This document shows positions 36,388 through 50,495 of a stretch of 64,000 nucleotides of DNA, piece by piece (within the stretch, counting starts at the first letter, position 1; every line of letters starts with the position of its first letter). Position numbers and translations under genes: made by a program. Source of the stretch: Rhynchobatus australiae (Eukaryota); contig JAUZTB010000017.1 in the NCBI GenBank assembly GCA_034780895.1, positions 16,802,197 through 16,866,196 of the forward strand, read 5' to 3'. The notes under the pieces are model-generated. The model saw nothing but the letters and a program-made list of their open reading frames with translations, did not search any database and was not told the DNA's origin.

Positions 36388-38489
36388 TTTTACATTTACA
36401 TATTTGGCATGTTTTCTGCACATGTAAACTTATAGACATTAAGAAAGAAATGTATTTAGCATTAGAAGCATGGAAATCTTATTCTCCTTAACCTTATCAA
36501 CAAGGAGTCTACTGTATTTTAATTTAACCACATGATCAAATCTTAACAGTGCCATGCTTGTGTCCATGTATCAATCAGGGTGCTTATCATTCTAACACAG
36601 AGAAAGCAGGACTATACCAAAGCTCAAATTAGCAGCTGCCATGTTTTATTTTCAGGACTGGAAGCTGTCTTGAAACCTGTAAAGCTGAGCAGTGTTTTTT
36701 CTACAGTCATCAATTATCTGTAATCAGTTTAGCAACAGAAGTGGTACTTCTGATGCTTAATGGAAAAACATTGTCATTTCATACAAAACTACGGACTTAA
36801 TCACATACTTTAGAAAGCCTGTGAATAATATTACTATGGAAAATTCAGGTTACTCGGTTGCTGGCATATGTTATGCCACTGACAACTTTTCAAAATGTAG
36901 AAATAGTTTATGTAATGCATTACTTAAATTGGGTCAACATCTGCATTTAAAATAAATATGTGGTTGAGTTTCCTCTCCGTGTGTGCTGGTGTCTTTGTGC
37001 AATTTGCTTAAAATCAGCATGACGTGCTTAAGAAAATCTTGAAATTTTAAGTGCAGATAATGTTCAGTGCTAATTGAGTTTCCACAATCTACTGAGCTTG
37101 TTTAAAAATCATGGAGCTAGAGTTGGCCTCACCCACAAAACTGGCCACACCACTAAGATTCATTAATCACCATTAGAGTTTCGGCTAATTGTGCTCATTA
37201 CAGGCCTTCAAGGAAGCTTGAAAAATTGAACTGGTTCTTTTGACACAAGATTACGAAGTGGCATGTTTCACAGAGGTTTTTTGTTAATGTGATTTCTTTC
37301 TCCCCCAATGTACATTTAAGTAATTTTAAACTGGGTTACTCACAGGTGGAAAATTGACACAGAGACAATTATGTTTTTTTGTATTAAATCACCACATTAC
37401 TACCCAACTACTTCAATGAATAATTCTAAAGCAGGTTTTTTAAATTACATTTTTAAAAATTGGTGGCACTGATTGCCTACTTGGCGATATTCAATTGAGT
37501 GGAAACTTGCAAAGAATTTTTCACATATCTTGACGTATTGCAAATTAGTGGCAGCAAGCTCTCAGTCAAACAAGTTTTGATTTTCTAGGCTGATTAATGG
37601 ATAATAGTTCTAATTAAGTAAGCTGATAGAATTACCCCAAAAAATGATTTTTAACTATTTCTCAAAGAAAATTCACCCCAATTCTAAAATTAGGACAGCA
37701 AAGCCCATCCATTTTTTTAAGCAGTTTGCTAATTAGAGGCAAGTGATCAATTTTATATTGCTAGTTAAGAGTGAATTGATTTTTAAAATTAGCCTAAAAT
37801 GGACCATTAAAATTTGCAGTTTTTGCCTCTTTTCAAATCAACTCCCCACTGGATCCTATTATGGATCACCCAAGTGCCTATCTTCTGTATGAAACTGGGT
37901 TACCACTAAAAATTCTAACTCCTAGCCATTCGATAAGTGAACAAAAAACCCGTAAGTTTGAAATGTATTATAAAGGATATCAACCTTTAAATCTGATGCA
38001 GTCAATGTTGATTGATCGTATGTTGGTAAATTGTTCTCTTTCATGCTTCTCATTCACTCCAGTCTCTCCCAATCTTCCTTGGCTTCTGTTTCATTGGGCA
38101 TACTTTCACACAAAGTTCAAACCACACTTTGACTCAACATTATACAATAAACTGCAACTTTCATATCTCCAAAAATAAAGCCTACTTTAAAGAGAATTGC
38201 ACTTTGCAAGAACACCACAATGCAATACAATGTTTACTAAATTATTATGTATATTTTCAAAGCTACTAATATTTCAAAATGGATTTAACAGAAAATGGAT
38301 GGTTGTATAGTCATCTGATAACAAAAGAGTAAGCAGTCAAGGCCCTGAAATAATTTTTGTTTGCAGGCAAACAGGATTAACATCAATCAGCATTATTGGC
38401 TTTGATCACTATCTAATGACTTCAAAAAGTATGTATATTGGGTGAGACCAGAGTAGAGTTCAATTATATTGCCACATACGTATCTTTTT

Positions 38490-38628
38490 GATTTTATTGT
38501 CCATCCCTAATTTCCCTTGAACTGAATTGGTTGCTAGGTTATTTCAGAGAGCATTGCAGAGCCAACTATGTGGGATGGGTCAGGAGTCTCAAAGGCCAGA
38601 CAGGGTAAGAATGGCAGATTTCCTCTCC
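38490..38628 (-). mobile_element. Chondrichthyan SINE (family B), runs into gap
   Basis: TTTATTGTCCATCCCTAATTTCCCTTGAACTGAATTGGTTGCTAGG.TATTTCAGAG...GGCCAGACAGGGTAAGAATGGCAGATTTCCT. Tail is shared with LINE family B. Confidence 0.75.
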
Positions 38629-40459
38629 NNNNNNNNNNNNNNNNNNNNNNNNNNNNNNNNNNNNNNNNNNNNNNNNNNNNNNNNNNNNNNNNNNNNNNNN
38701 NNNNNNNNNNNNNNNNNNNNNNNNNNNNNNNNNNNNNNNNNNNNNNNNNNNNNNNNNNNNNNNNNNNNNNNNNNNNNNNNNNNNNNNNNNNNNNNNNNNN
38801 NNNNNNNNNNNNNNNNNNNNNNNNNNNNNNNNNNNNNNNNNNNNNNNNNNNNNNNNNNNNNNNNNNNNNNNNNNNNNNNNNNNNNNNNNNNNNNNNNNNN
38901 NNNNNNNNNNNNNNNNNTGTGTCCTGCCCCCATTTTATTTGACATAGGGATAGCTGGATTATTGTCTGTGCTTAACCTAGCCAGGGAGTAATGTAGAGAT
39001 GAGATAAGCTGCATATTACACAATAACATACATTTGAGCAGGAATGCTATCTCACATACTCACCCACACTGGTCAAATCAATGAAAGCTATAACTATATA
39101 GTATTTGAAAGAGTCTCATTGCCTTACTGGCATCTTGGGGCAGGTGGCATGCTGCCCAGGAAAAGTTTACATGAAAGCTTGCAATAATATGAGCAGTTGC
39201 CATAGCGATCAGACTTCCATGCCAAAAGTTGGTCTGCTCTTAACACCATTGAAATGATGTCATAGCATGTCATGATATTGTTACAAATGAGAAATACTGA
39301 ATTTTGAGTTATTTAGAGTTTAAAACAGAAAGTAATGTGCTTCATCTGACCATCACCTCAGCCCTGACTTTTATTCAAAGGGTCAGTCATGTTCAAAAAT
39401 ATAAATGTATGATGTCAGAGCATAGGCAGAATGGGAGGGGCCAGTGAGGGAAGAGATATTGGTAACTTCTATGATTTTCCTGACTATTACTGACCCATAG
39501 TAATAAGGAGCCCTACAGGCAGGAAATAAGATTAATCAGCTGACAACACTGCTTTTCAAGCTGACTGCAAATTCAGAAAGTGTCTGGACATGCCATTTAT
39601 TGCTTGGCGAATTTTTATTTAAGGACTTCCAGAGTACATTCAAAAAACATAGTCAGCTTAATCTTCCTCAGAGAAACAGTCATTTATTGTGATGATGTAC
39701 TACTGGAAATGTCTTAAGCTTGTATTACTATGAAGGAGGAAGAATAATGAAAGAAATGGCTGAACCAGTTACATGTATTGAATAGTGTGGAAGTCACCCA
39801 TACAAATCAAGACTTTCCCAAATTAAATGAATTAGGTGAGATAATTTGAGTTGGGTTGTGAATCAGCATGTCACAATTGGCTATAACATATCTCAAGCTA
39901 AAATAAAATTCTTGTGCTTAATTACTAACCTCAAGCTGCTGCTGTGAAATACCCAACCAAGGACAGGACCAGACTTGGCTCTAATCTCCCCAGTTAAAGA
40001 ATCTGTTGACGTCACTGGGCTGGCTCATACATGAAAAATGGCCATTTGGATAAGATCCCAAATGGCTGCCAACATCTATGCAACCATTGCCTAACATCAG
40101 TCACACTTCCAGAAGGGAAGGGCAGGAAAAAAAAACACAAAGAAATGGCAGTCAAAAGCAGAGTGAATGAATATCAAATATGAAAGTCAACTGGATTCTT
40201 CAATAGGGCTGCAAAATTTATTTCTTTTCAAAATACTTTTGAGTCACAGGTTGTACATTTAGATAAGGCATAATTCCAGTAAAATGAGAATTGATTTCAT
40301 TCTGAAATAAATTATTGACATTAGCACATAATGAGGAAACATGATCCAAGAGAAAAATTAACAGAGAAGACTGTTTGAAGGCAGTGGAGGAGGAAAAAAA
40401 AAGAGAACAAAAGGGAGAAAATATCAATCTGAAGAGCAGATGTAGCAAACACCTTCTTT

Positions 40460-40615
40460 TGGCCCTGTATGATCTGGCCAAACTTTGGAAACTCAAACAG
40501 AATAGTACCTGTGTGCTCTACCTTTACAAGAAGGACTCCTCTGTCTCTCAAGTGCAATTGGAGATGGGCAGTAAAGGTTAGCTGTGCCACTGTGCCCCAT
40601 TTCTAATAAATGGAT
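40460..40615 (+). mobile_element. Family-B SINE/LINE tail remnant
   Basis: CTCAAGTGCAATTGGAGATGGGCAGTAAAGG..AGC..TGCCA.TG.GCCCC resembles the tail at 59225-59290. Confidence 0.45.
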
Positions 40616-42034
40616 TAAGGGCTCTCTGAATGTATGAAACTGGTCTTTATTTAATGCAGAAAATACTGCTGACCCCATGTCACATAGATCCATTTCTACG
40701 TCTTTGATGTAACTAAACAATGACCTAAATAAAATTGCACAGCCTCTCAAGAGAAAAATTTGGAGCAACAGTGCTCAGCAAAGATCAGCTATTCCACAGA
40801 CTATTCTGCAGGAGCTTGATAAATCTGAACAAATGTGCAAAATATACTGTGATCAAAATCAAACGTTTCTTTTGTTCTTTATTTTCATGACCAACCTGTG
40901 AATCAATAGAAATATGGGATAAAATATAAAATAAGTTACTTTACCAGTTAGAGTGAGCTTGGTGTATTGATCAGTATACAAGAATTCAAATGGTCTAAGT
41001 TTTTACAACTATTAGTGAAATACAAGACCACTACCCATAAAGTCTCCATTTGGAATAGGATCATCAACAGTGCCTGTTTTAGACCATCACTCCATCCAAA
41101 TCAGGTACTTCATGTCTGCTAACTGTTCTGACCACTGCAGCTTCTTCTCATAAGATAAAACAGGCATACCTTTAGCATATTCAAAATGCTTAATGCCTGT
41201 TTCAGAACTGTACCTACACTGGATTCCTGAATAATAAATGGGAGATGCCTCATTCTTGGCCCGAAAGACATACGCTACTTGCCAAATTGGTTGTTAGGGC
41301 ACTTGTATTAAGGAACATTGTAGAGATCCTCAGACATTATATACGCAATACCAGAAAAAGCACACATAAAGATGCACCAGATAAGCAGTATTCCTCATTA
41401 GTCAGAGAATTTCTTTACAGTAATGTCTAGTGATGTTAAATTGCACCCTAAAATTGCATGAGTGGCTACATATTCCTGGAGAGCAACTGTGAATAAAGTT
41501 CAGCTAAGGAACACAGGAAAAGAAAGAAAGCTTTTTATCTACTTAAACCCATAATTCAATTCAATTAGATGATGACTGCTCTCCATTTCCAGGTGTACTC
41601 CCAGAACTTGCATTAAGCAAATTCTCCAGTCTTATGTCCATTATTGCAAGCATTTTAACACCAAAAGGTAACTTTTGTTTGATTAAAGAAACTTAAGGAT
41701 TATAAATATGACAGGAATGCATTGAATTACCACTATTTTTTAACCAGTTATCAAAATAAATACATTGGCTGTGACATACTTTAATTTTATTTTTGACTCG
41801 ATACTCCTGGTGGTCATGTTTAGAGACTCAGGCAACACTATTTTGGGATTGCCACCAACAGCATAAGACATAAGAGTCAACAGTTAGGGACATCAGTACT
41901 TATCCCAGATCATACATCATTTTAAGTTCTTTTCTGCAGTGTTGGAGGGAAAAAAAACATTTGTGGCCTTCCTAATGCCCACCTTCAATATGAGCCTTTT
42001 TGATAGAGGAACAGTGCGTACCAGCAAACGTAAT

Positions 42035-42476
42035 CTCTCAGATTTAAGACCAATGTATTTCGGCACTTCACTCTAATAGACCAATAGCTTTATGGAGGAG
42101 TAAAAGCTGGGCGAGAGGACAATAACTGAATACAACTAAAAAACAAATTTATAAAACTTAACAACAAACTTTCAGAAAATGCATGCATAAGTAATTGCAG
42201 AAAATTTAAGAACAATGTGGATGGTTTGATCACAATTTAATTGCACTCAGATTGGCCATTGATTGAAGTAAATATCACTCGTGTAGTCCTTTTAGATTCT
42301 ACTAAATTCACAGTCAAAGGGTCAATTTTAACTATGTTGTTGGTTGAATAGCTGTCAGAAGTCGGTCTTGGATATGTTCAAAATTTGTTTTACTAGCTTA
42401 ATAACTAACACACAAACCTCTCAAATTTAAGACCAATGCATTTTGGCGCTTCATTCTAATAGACAAATAGCTTTAT
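42035..42476 (+). repeat. 59-bp direct repeat pair (42035-42093 and 42418-42476)
   Basis: Hand alignment gives 53/59 identical with no gaps and no N between the copies. Confidence 0.9.
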
Positions 42477-43699
42477 CTTTGCCAGAAGATACATGCACAG
42501 ACAGGTCCTGGGGATTTTCATTATTTAGTGTTTTTGGCAGTTGGGTATGCAAAGCAGCATATTAACAGATGCAGATGCAATGCATTATAACTGTTTGTTT
42601 TTCAACAAAGTAAGGATTCAATACTTAAATGTACTTTTCAAACACAAAGATGAAAGCCCATTTATTATTAAGCATCTAAAGGGAATTTATCTATGGATAT
42701 AGCTTTCGGGATTACTAGACAAAAAAAGAACCCCAGGCTATCTAGTCTAGACCAATACCCAAAACATTCTGCTTCTTTAACTCAATATGAAAATATGCCA
42801 TTAGAATTCACAACATAATAAAAATCCACTGGAATTTACTTTAGAACAATAGATACACGTGATGACACTTCCAAAAAAAGCACGAAGACCTACATTGGAT
42901 ATGGAGTTCATGTACACACAAGCCCATAGCTAAAAAGACATGCATCTGCCTCATAATATTAAGGGCTTTCCTAGCATATAGTTTCTCCTTTAAGGGGAGG
43001 TGGAGAAAAATAACTTGTATTGTGTCAAGGAGAGCAAACAACAGATAATAATAGATCATTGCACATACAAATTTCACAGTAGATGCCAGAACACCAGCAA
43101 TTGCAAGAAAATGTGAAATACAAACCCATTTCTCACTTCATAAATTTAAGTACTTATTTGTAAAACTTAACTGAGAAAATAAGCAGGTATAAACACAGGC
43201 TATTGCTCTTATGTGTCCCTTTAAATAAAAAAGCAAAATATTACTTGGGAAGAGTGATATCATTATGTGCCAGCTTCTGTGATTGACTGCCCATTTTACT
43301 ACCCTAATATAAACTGAGAATTCATTTGAAAATACTGAAACTATAACTCTCATGTATCACTTCGAAGCAAAAATTAGATGGTGCACTGAGTATGGTCATG
43401 TGTTAATGATTCTACCCCACCCCACATTGTCCCTTTATTTCCTGAAAGTGCTATTTTGTAAAGGAAGAGTTCCTTGGCACTTTCAGATCTCTTGTACTGG
43501 TCACATTTTGTGAGGCAATTCTGTCATGAAGGGTATAGGCCCAAGATCTACGTTTCTACAACTAAGTCCCAAGATTAACTGTAATGTTGCAGCTAAAAGT
43601 CAAGTTAACGTAGCAAAGAGCAACAACCAAATGTGATATTCTCATATGTGGGATACAGTGGGATACAATGTGTAGTGGTATTACTCATAAGGCCATCAA

Positions 43700-43763
43700 A
43701 GGTACAGCTTTGTGGGCCGAAGGGCCTGAATTGTGCTGTAGTTTTTCTATGTTCTATGTTCTA
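43700..43763 (+). mobile_element. Very short CR1 3' tail
   Basis: GTGGGCCGAAGGGCCTG.ATTGTGCTGTAG...TTCTATGTTCTATGTTCTA tandem tail. Confidence 0.8.
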
Positions 43764-44289
43764 AGGGAGCTCAGTGACTTGAATCTTACTCAGGGATGTA
43801 TGTCTGAAAGTCAACATACTTGAAGGGTTGCTTAAGCTTATACATGGCATGATTTATGGACAGTTTTAATCCATGTTTACACAGCAGATTTATTTTTTAA
43901 GGGAATCCGGTAAGGATTCACCTCCTGAGAATAACATGCATTGTAAGCACTTACAATGGACTTTTACACAAAAGGCTGCAGGTTGTGTACTGATACAACA
44001 ATTTCAGGGCAGTAAAAACAGGGAGAGGAACACAGAAGAATGTGTTTGATTTGCACTACTGATGTTCAGGCAACAGGAGATATCAGTGTGGTGTGGCAAC
44101 ATGATGCCACTTCACTGCCTTGTGCCCCTTCCAACGGAATGCTGATATTTGAGATCTGCATCAGCTTCAATCTAGGGGGTATCAAAGAGGAATTACAGTT
44201 GAGCAGTGCTTCTCAAATAGAGAAATAAATCTCAAAATGCTCTGCAGAGTTGAGGAGGAGGGTGATGGATGCTAAGCAGCAGGGAACAT

Positions 44290-44500
44290 TACAGAAGAAG
44301 TTGAGGTACAGGGCTAAATGTATAAACAGTATTAAAAAGGTTTCTGAAGGTATGGAGCTATGAAGATGAAATGACTTAAGGAGGAATTTCCAGAGAATAG
44401 AAGGATAATTACTGAAAGACCACTGATGTAGAGTGGAGCAAGGCTGAATGGGGGAATGAAGAGAGCACTGATGTTGTTGGTGCTCGGACATGCACTCAAG
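44290..44500 (-). mobile_element. L2-type LINE 3' remnant
   Basis: GGAGGAATTTCCAGAGAATAG...CTGAAAGAC.ACTGATG...GGGGGAATG.A.AGAG resembles the recalled reverse complement of the L2 ORF2 end. Diverged. Confidence 0.45.
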
Positions 44501-45234
44501 GGTGAGTAAGGGGACAGAAATTAAGTTGGAGAATTTTATGTCAATCAGATTAGAATTGGTAGTCTCATACTCTCGATACTAGTGTGAATGAAATTGGTGG
44601 GATGACCAGAGGAATATCAGAGATATAAATTCACAGAGCAGCTTGAAACAGCTTATATGATCTTCTTTGATACCTAAAATTCATCTCAACCTCGACGTGA
44701 CATCAACTACAAGTGAAAATGTATTACCAACACCCTAACACCCTCACCAAAAACTTCCAGTTATGTCAAAATGTAAATAAGCATGACCCAATTAAAAAAG
44801 TCAGGATTCATATGATCCTTTTTTTCTGACAATACAGAAGTATTCTTATTAAATGTTATTTAATTCATAGAAGCGGCATTTCTAAAGAGATGTATAATAG
44901 GCAACTAACTCATTTCTGGTGGCACAGAGGGGTAGTTGGTCTAGCTTGTTCTCAAATAGTTCTTAGCAAGGGGATACTAAACATTATTGGTGGAGGGATG
45001 ATTCTACTTTCCCCCTCATTTGAACATTGTATGCCCTTAGGAAAATTAGAAAGAGGGAATGGGAAATGTACAAAATTGCTTGCTGAAAATACATTCAGGA
45101 TACAATACAAACCTTGATAAAGTAAAATTTTTAAAGTATAAACTACCAGGAAAACAAACTCTTTGTTTAAGTCCTTTTAGAAGTTAACTTCCTTTAACAA
45201 ATCACAGAACATACAAATTAACAGTCCCATGGAA

Positions 45235-46210
45235 ATATTTGCATTCGATTCTCAGGCATGCAGCTCAGAATCTTAGCATGCAGGTATAGAAAGTAATTAG
45301 GAAGTGGAATGTTGGCCTTTATTGCAAAAGGGTGTGCAGTAAAAAAAAGTAGAAGAGTCTTGCCGCAACTACAAAGGGTGTTGGTATGAACAGAGCTGGA
45401 GTACTGGGACATTTTATGTCTCCTTATTTAATGAGGATTATGCCTGTATTGGAAGCAGCCAAGACAAGAATCAGCAGTTTGATTATGGTGAAAGATTGAA
45501 CAGAATGGAACTACACTCATCAATGTTTAGAAAAATGACAGGATATCTTATTGAAACTCTTAATATATTAATATTAAGATTCAGAGGGGTCCTGACAATG
45601 TGGATGTTGAGAGGATGTTTCATTTCATGGGGAAAATCCCTTATACAATGAGATGGACTATGACCTCATGATCTACCTTGTGTGACCTTGCACCTTATTG
45701 AACTGCACTTTCTCTGTAGCTGTGATACTTTACTCTGTACTGTTACTGTTTTTACCTGTACTACATCAATGCACTCTGTACTAACTCAATGTAACTTCAC
45801 TGTGTAATGAATTGATCTGTATGATCGGTTTGTAAGACAAGCTTTTCACTGTACCTCGGTACAAATGATAATAATAAACCAATACTAATGCCAAAAATGT
45901 AAAAAAGAGCCTGGCTTCAGAATATGAGGTTATTCATTTAAGATGGAGAAGATTCAGAAGATGAATTTCTTCTTAAAGGGGAGTGTGAATCTTTGGAATT
46001 CTCTATCCGGAGAACTGTGGAGGCTGGATCACTAAATGTACTCATGGCCAAGACAGGCAGATTTTAGGTCTCTAGGAGAATCAAAGGTTTATGAGGAACA
46101 GAAAGAAAAGTGGAACAGTGGCCAAGATCAGGTCAGCCATTATCTTGCCCAATAGTGGAGTAGGCTCAAAGGAACCTGTGGCTTACTTCTGCTACTATTT
46201 CTTATATTCT
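45235..46210 (+). mobile_element. Decayed CR1-type LINE 3' region with nested Rex-like insert
   Basis: GGAATGTTGGCCTTTATTGCAAAAGG...GCTGGAGTACTG...GTGAATCTTTGGAATTCTCTA.CC..AGA.CTGTGGAGGCTGG...CAGCCATTATCTT...TTCTGCTACTATTTCTTAT. Confidence 0.85.
45640..45892 (+). mobile_element. Rex1/Babar-like LINE 3' UTR, second copy, inserted in CR1
   Basis: Close match to 1072-1239. Interrupts the CR1 GGGGAAAAT|...CTTCAGAAT segment. Confidence 0.8.
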
Positions 46211-46412
46211 TAATTATGTAGCCCCATCACTCCAAATGTAGTTATATGTTATTTAGCATCCTTTGCTGGTGCATTCATTATCAATATTTCAACCATATTA
46301 CAACAGGTGAAAGTAAGTGTATAATTTAAAAACAATTATCACCTGAGTGTGGGATAAAGAACATGTGAGTGAGTAAGCATACACAGGCACACTTTCTTCA
46401 AACTTAATTTCA

Positions 46413-46855
46413 AGATGTGGATCCTAAAGTCAGCCTCTGTTATTCATTCCTTGAAAAGGTATTTTCTTTTTCATCTGCTATAATCTGTGTGGTGAAAGTG
46501 CTGCTGCAATGCTAATAGGGCCAGTGATCCACAATTTAATCTAGCAATAATGAAGGAACAGCATAATGTGTCCAGGCTGGGTTGGCAGTAGACTGGGAAG
46601 TGATGGCATTCCTGTGCACCTGCACCACTTGACCTTCTGGTTAGTGAAGGCTGAGANNNNNNNNNNNNNNNNNNNNNNNNNNNNNNNNNNNNNNNNNNNN
46701 NNNNNNNNNNNNNNNNNNNNNNNNNNNNNNNNNNNNNNNNNNNNNNNNNNNNNNNNGGAAGTGATGGCAGGCCTGTGCACCTGCACCACTGGACCTTCTG
46801 GTTAGTGAAGGCTGAGATTTGGGAGGTGCTGCTGAAGAAGCCTTAATGAGCAGTA
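46413..46855 (-). mobile_element. LINE family B 3' end
   Basis: GATGTGG...TGTGGTGAAAGTGC...ATGAAGGAACAGC...TTTGGGAGGTGCTGCTGAAGAAGCCTT aligns with 63000-63260. Confidence 0.65.
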
Positions 46856-49203
46856 GAAGCTAATACATTGTGCATATCAGTTAATCAGTTTGTTTTCAAA
46901 GGAATAAGGGGCATATGGATGCCAATCATGCAGACTGTTTTGCGCTTGATAGTATATACTTGCACTTTCAAACAGACAGAGAGATACACACACTTTATTT
47001 CATCTAGTAAGTATCTCTGGTCTCCAATTTTTTTTCATGTAGCAAATTTTTCAAAAAACTACATATTCTGTAATTAAACTCAAAAATGAAAGTCATTTTT
47101 AATTGCATTTCTAAAAGGGAACAAACTAAAGTTGGCAGTAAACCCTTTGCACTTTAAATATGGAAAAGAGTTTTACAGAAACAGCTTTTGCACATAGTTG
47201 AAATTGGTTTCCTGTTTGAATTTAATATGGACAAACACCTGTTTTACACTGCAAATGCAATTCCGAGACATATGCTGAACATAGCTGAAGTTTGTACACT
47301 TGACCCAACTTCCTGTTAATGATTCCAACCTAGATGCCAGATTTGTGGAGTTCACAATGTGTCTGCAAGCTAAATTGTTTGCTAGAATTCTTTGCACTTC
47401 TTACATTGGCAACATCAAATCTGGACAGTTTTATATCTGCAGTTTAAAGGACAGTGACGTGTGTCATGGAAAGAAAATAGCTTTAATTTTTTGTTTCATT
47501 AACACTGTAATTAAAACAAGGTTGTAAATTTCTCAAGTTCCAGGGTTTAAACCGTCAAGAATAACATACTGGGAGAACAGGCTGGGAGAACCCTCAAGAG
47601 ACAGGGTGATTGTTAGATTGTTAGAGTTGCATTATTTGAAAAATACATCATCCATAACCCATCAGGCAGATTGGTACATGGAAAACTGCTGAGCTTTAGA
47701 GCCCGTAATTTTGTTTTGCGTTAGAAAATCCAAAGTATTTAAATGTTGTTTATTAAGCATGACTTTCTTTTCTCAGTAGGCCCAACACCCACTTGAATAT
47801 TAATAACCATAGTTTTTCTGAAACAAAAAAGCACATAATTCAAACACACAAGTCAAAATGGGTGAAAGTTTTCCAGATGTTTGGAAAGCTCAGTACAACA
47901 ACTTTACACAAGTCTGTGTGGTTGAGGTCAGTTTAAGGGTTAATTAAGTGACCTGGCAAAGATTCAGCAGCCTGTATTTTGAAAGCTCCTAAACAAGAAT
48001 GTAACAGGTCATTTATTATGCACTAATGCAATGTACTTAAACACAACAAAACGTGATAAATTGTTCAGATAAGAGCTTCTCCTTTCCGTAGTAGATTTTT
48101 CTAAGTTCATTTACCACTTTTTTTAAAACAATGGTCCTGAGCATCTTAACATACAGGGCTCAACATTCAATTCAACTAGTAATACTGTCACATTCCTATG
48201 TCATATCTCACAGGGGCTTTTAAGCCAAGAGCAGTTAGTTCCGAAAAGTAGACACCTAGGGTCTTCTAAACATATGGGATCTCTCATCAAGAGGAAATAT
48301 TTGGCCAGTAGGAGCAGCTGCAAATGGTGGCAATCAGCCTAGGATAAGCAATCTGAAACTTGCCTTGCTGTACTGTGCAGCCCACAATAATTAGAGGGAG
48401 AGGCTGGTGTTATAATGGACTGCCAGCAGATCAGCTGCCAGCAGCAACAGGTCACATGTCAAAACAGCTAAGCACATTAGTCAACTAACAGGAAGTGATA
48501 TATCAGGCCCACTGGCTCAGAGTCAGCTCTCACACTAAATCAGTCCCTCATGAGTCCACAGCTGGTGAAATAATCCCCACAGACCAGGCGTGGGCCACTA
48601 TCAACACTGCCCTTCCCCCTCAAAAAACAGACCGAGAAAGCTTTCTTGCTCAGTAGTGAAGGAAAACCCTATTTAGTTAACATTAGAAAATCTGAGCAAT
48701 GCAATATTATTCCTCTTTATTGCTCAGATTTCCTGATAAGATGGAAATGTCACATTCATACAGAAAATTATTTATTTTCTAATTCTTCTGTTTGTCTCGT
48801 AACATTGCCCTCTTGGCACCAAACACATAACACATCTAAATACAAATGCATTTTAAAAATGCACCAGTTTCTCAAGTAAAATAAAAATTTTCTTTTAGTT
48901 GAGTTATGAAAATAGCTGTGTCATGAAAATAAATCCTGTAAATTCCAATAATATAATCTAGGAATTTTGACAAAAAAATTTGAATTTTCACTGAAGTTAA
49001 AAGTACTTTTGACTCCCTCTCAAAAATCACTTTGAGTGTATTCAAATAGTTTTCATATGGAAAAGTCACGAGCTTCAAGGCAGAGGAATGGCAGTGCAAA
49101 AAAACCCACTCGACATTTAATGTAAGCACATACGACCACCTTCTCAACAAGTAAAGGGATGCTTATTTTTGAATATTTAATCTATTAACACTACTTCACA
49201 CAT

Positions 49204-49486
49204 TAAGATAGGTTTATTAGTCACATGTATATCGAAACACACAGTGAAATACATCTTTGCATAGAATGTTCTGGAGTGTCACCACGCTTCCAGCGCCAAT
49301 ATAGCACACCCACAACATCCTAACTCATATGTCTTTGGAATGTGGGAGGAAAATGGAGCACCTGGAGGAAACCAATGCAGACACTGGGAGAACGTACAAA
49401 CTCCTTACAGACAGCGGCCAGAATTGAACCTGGGTCACTGACACTGTAATAGCATTACACTAACCGCTACACTACCGTGCCTGCCC
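49204..49486 (-). mobile_element. tRNA-derived V-domain SINE, near full length
   Basis: Reverse complement begins GGGCAGGCACGGTAGTGTAGCGGTTAG, has B-box GGTTCAATTC and the V domain, and ends GTGACTAATAAACCTATCTTA. Colinear with 54524-54815. Confidence 0.92.
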
Positions 49487-50394
49487 ATAAGATCAGTTCT
49501 TAAATCCATAGTTCTCACATATATTCAGTTTTTTGCTTTACCCTAGTTAGGATGTTGTCATGCTTTGTGTTCAGATTTTCACTCTTGAATATTTACCCAA
49601 TACTTGATTTGAAATGTCAAGTATACATCAGTGTACTATTGGTGAAGTCACCTGAAAGGGTTGCACGCAAGCAGTCATAGAATGGGTATCAGCTGTGGTA
49701 TGTTTATACTGGACTAAAAATGATGGAAGCTTTCAGAGTTAAAAACAAATTCTGATGATGAGATTTTAGTAACTGAAAAGAGCTTGATTCACATTCGCTT
49801 TGAATACTGCACTGTGAAGTCAGTAGACATGATTAAGCTTGCCTTTCGAATTTCACATCACTGTGAACAGGCCATTGAAATGCAGTACCCAATTGAGAAT
49901 GCTGTGAAAATAGAACCATAATCGCACCCTAGTGTGTAACAAAAATATCACTATTATTTTCCTTCTCAATCCTATTTCCTTCTCTCTTTGTGAGAAAGAA
50001 TGAAGGTCAGGCTGTAGGTTATTACAGGCTAGAGAACATCATAAAGTTCTTCTGGTAAAATGAATGATAAATCTACAGACTCTACAATTTGAATACAGCC
50101 CACCCACCATGGATATTGGGGTATATCTTCTTCACATCTCCGTGTTACTTCACAGCAAAAGCCACAAAGTGTTTGACTGCCAAAATAGGGTATTTGTTCA
50201 TACAATTCAAAATGAACAAGTAGCTTATTCACATTTAGAACTGAGTTGTCACATACAATCCTGGCTACTTAACAGACTTGCTTCTAATTGGCTACATAGT
50301 TGGTCATCTTAGATGAAATCCATAAAGAAGTATAGTGAGATGATAAACTAAATGACAAGGTGATTGTTGGGGGAGGTGGTGGGGGGGCGCGGAA

Positions 50395-50495
50395 TTAACA
50401 TATCCTGAAAGTATTACCTCTAACAATTCAGTGACTTTAGTACTGTGTCGAAATGTCAGCCTAGTTTATCAACTTGTCAACGGTAGGGATTTTAA
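50395..50495 (-). mobile_element. Deu-SINE internal fragment
   Basis: TTAACATATCCTGAAAG...ACCTCTAACAATTCAG...AGTACTG...AATGTCAGCCTAG resembles the reverse complement of the Deu-SINE 5'/core region. Confidence 0.45.
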
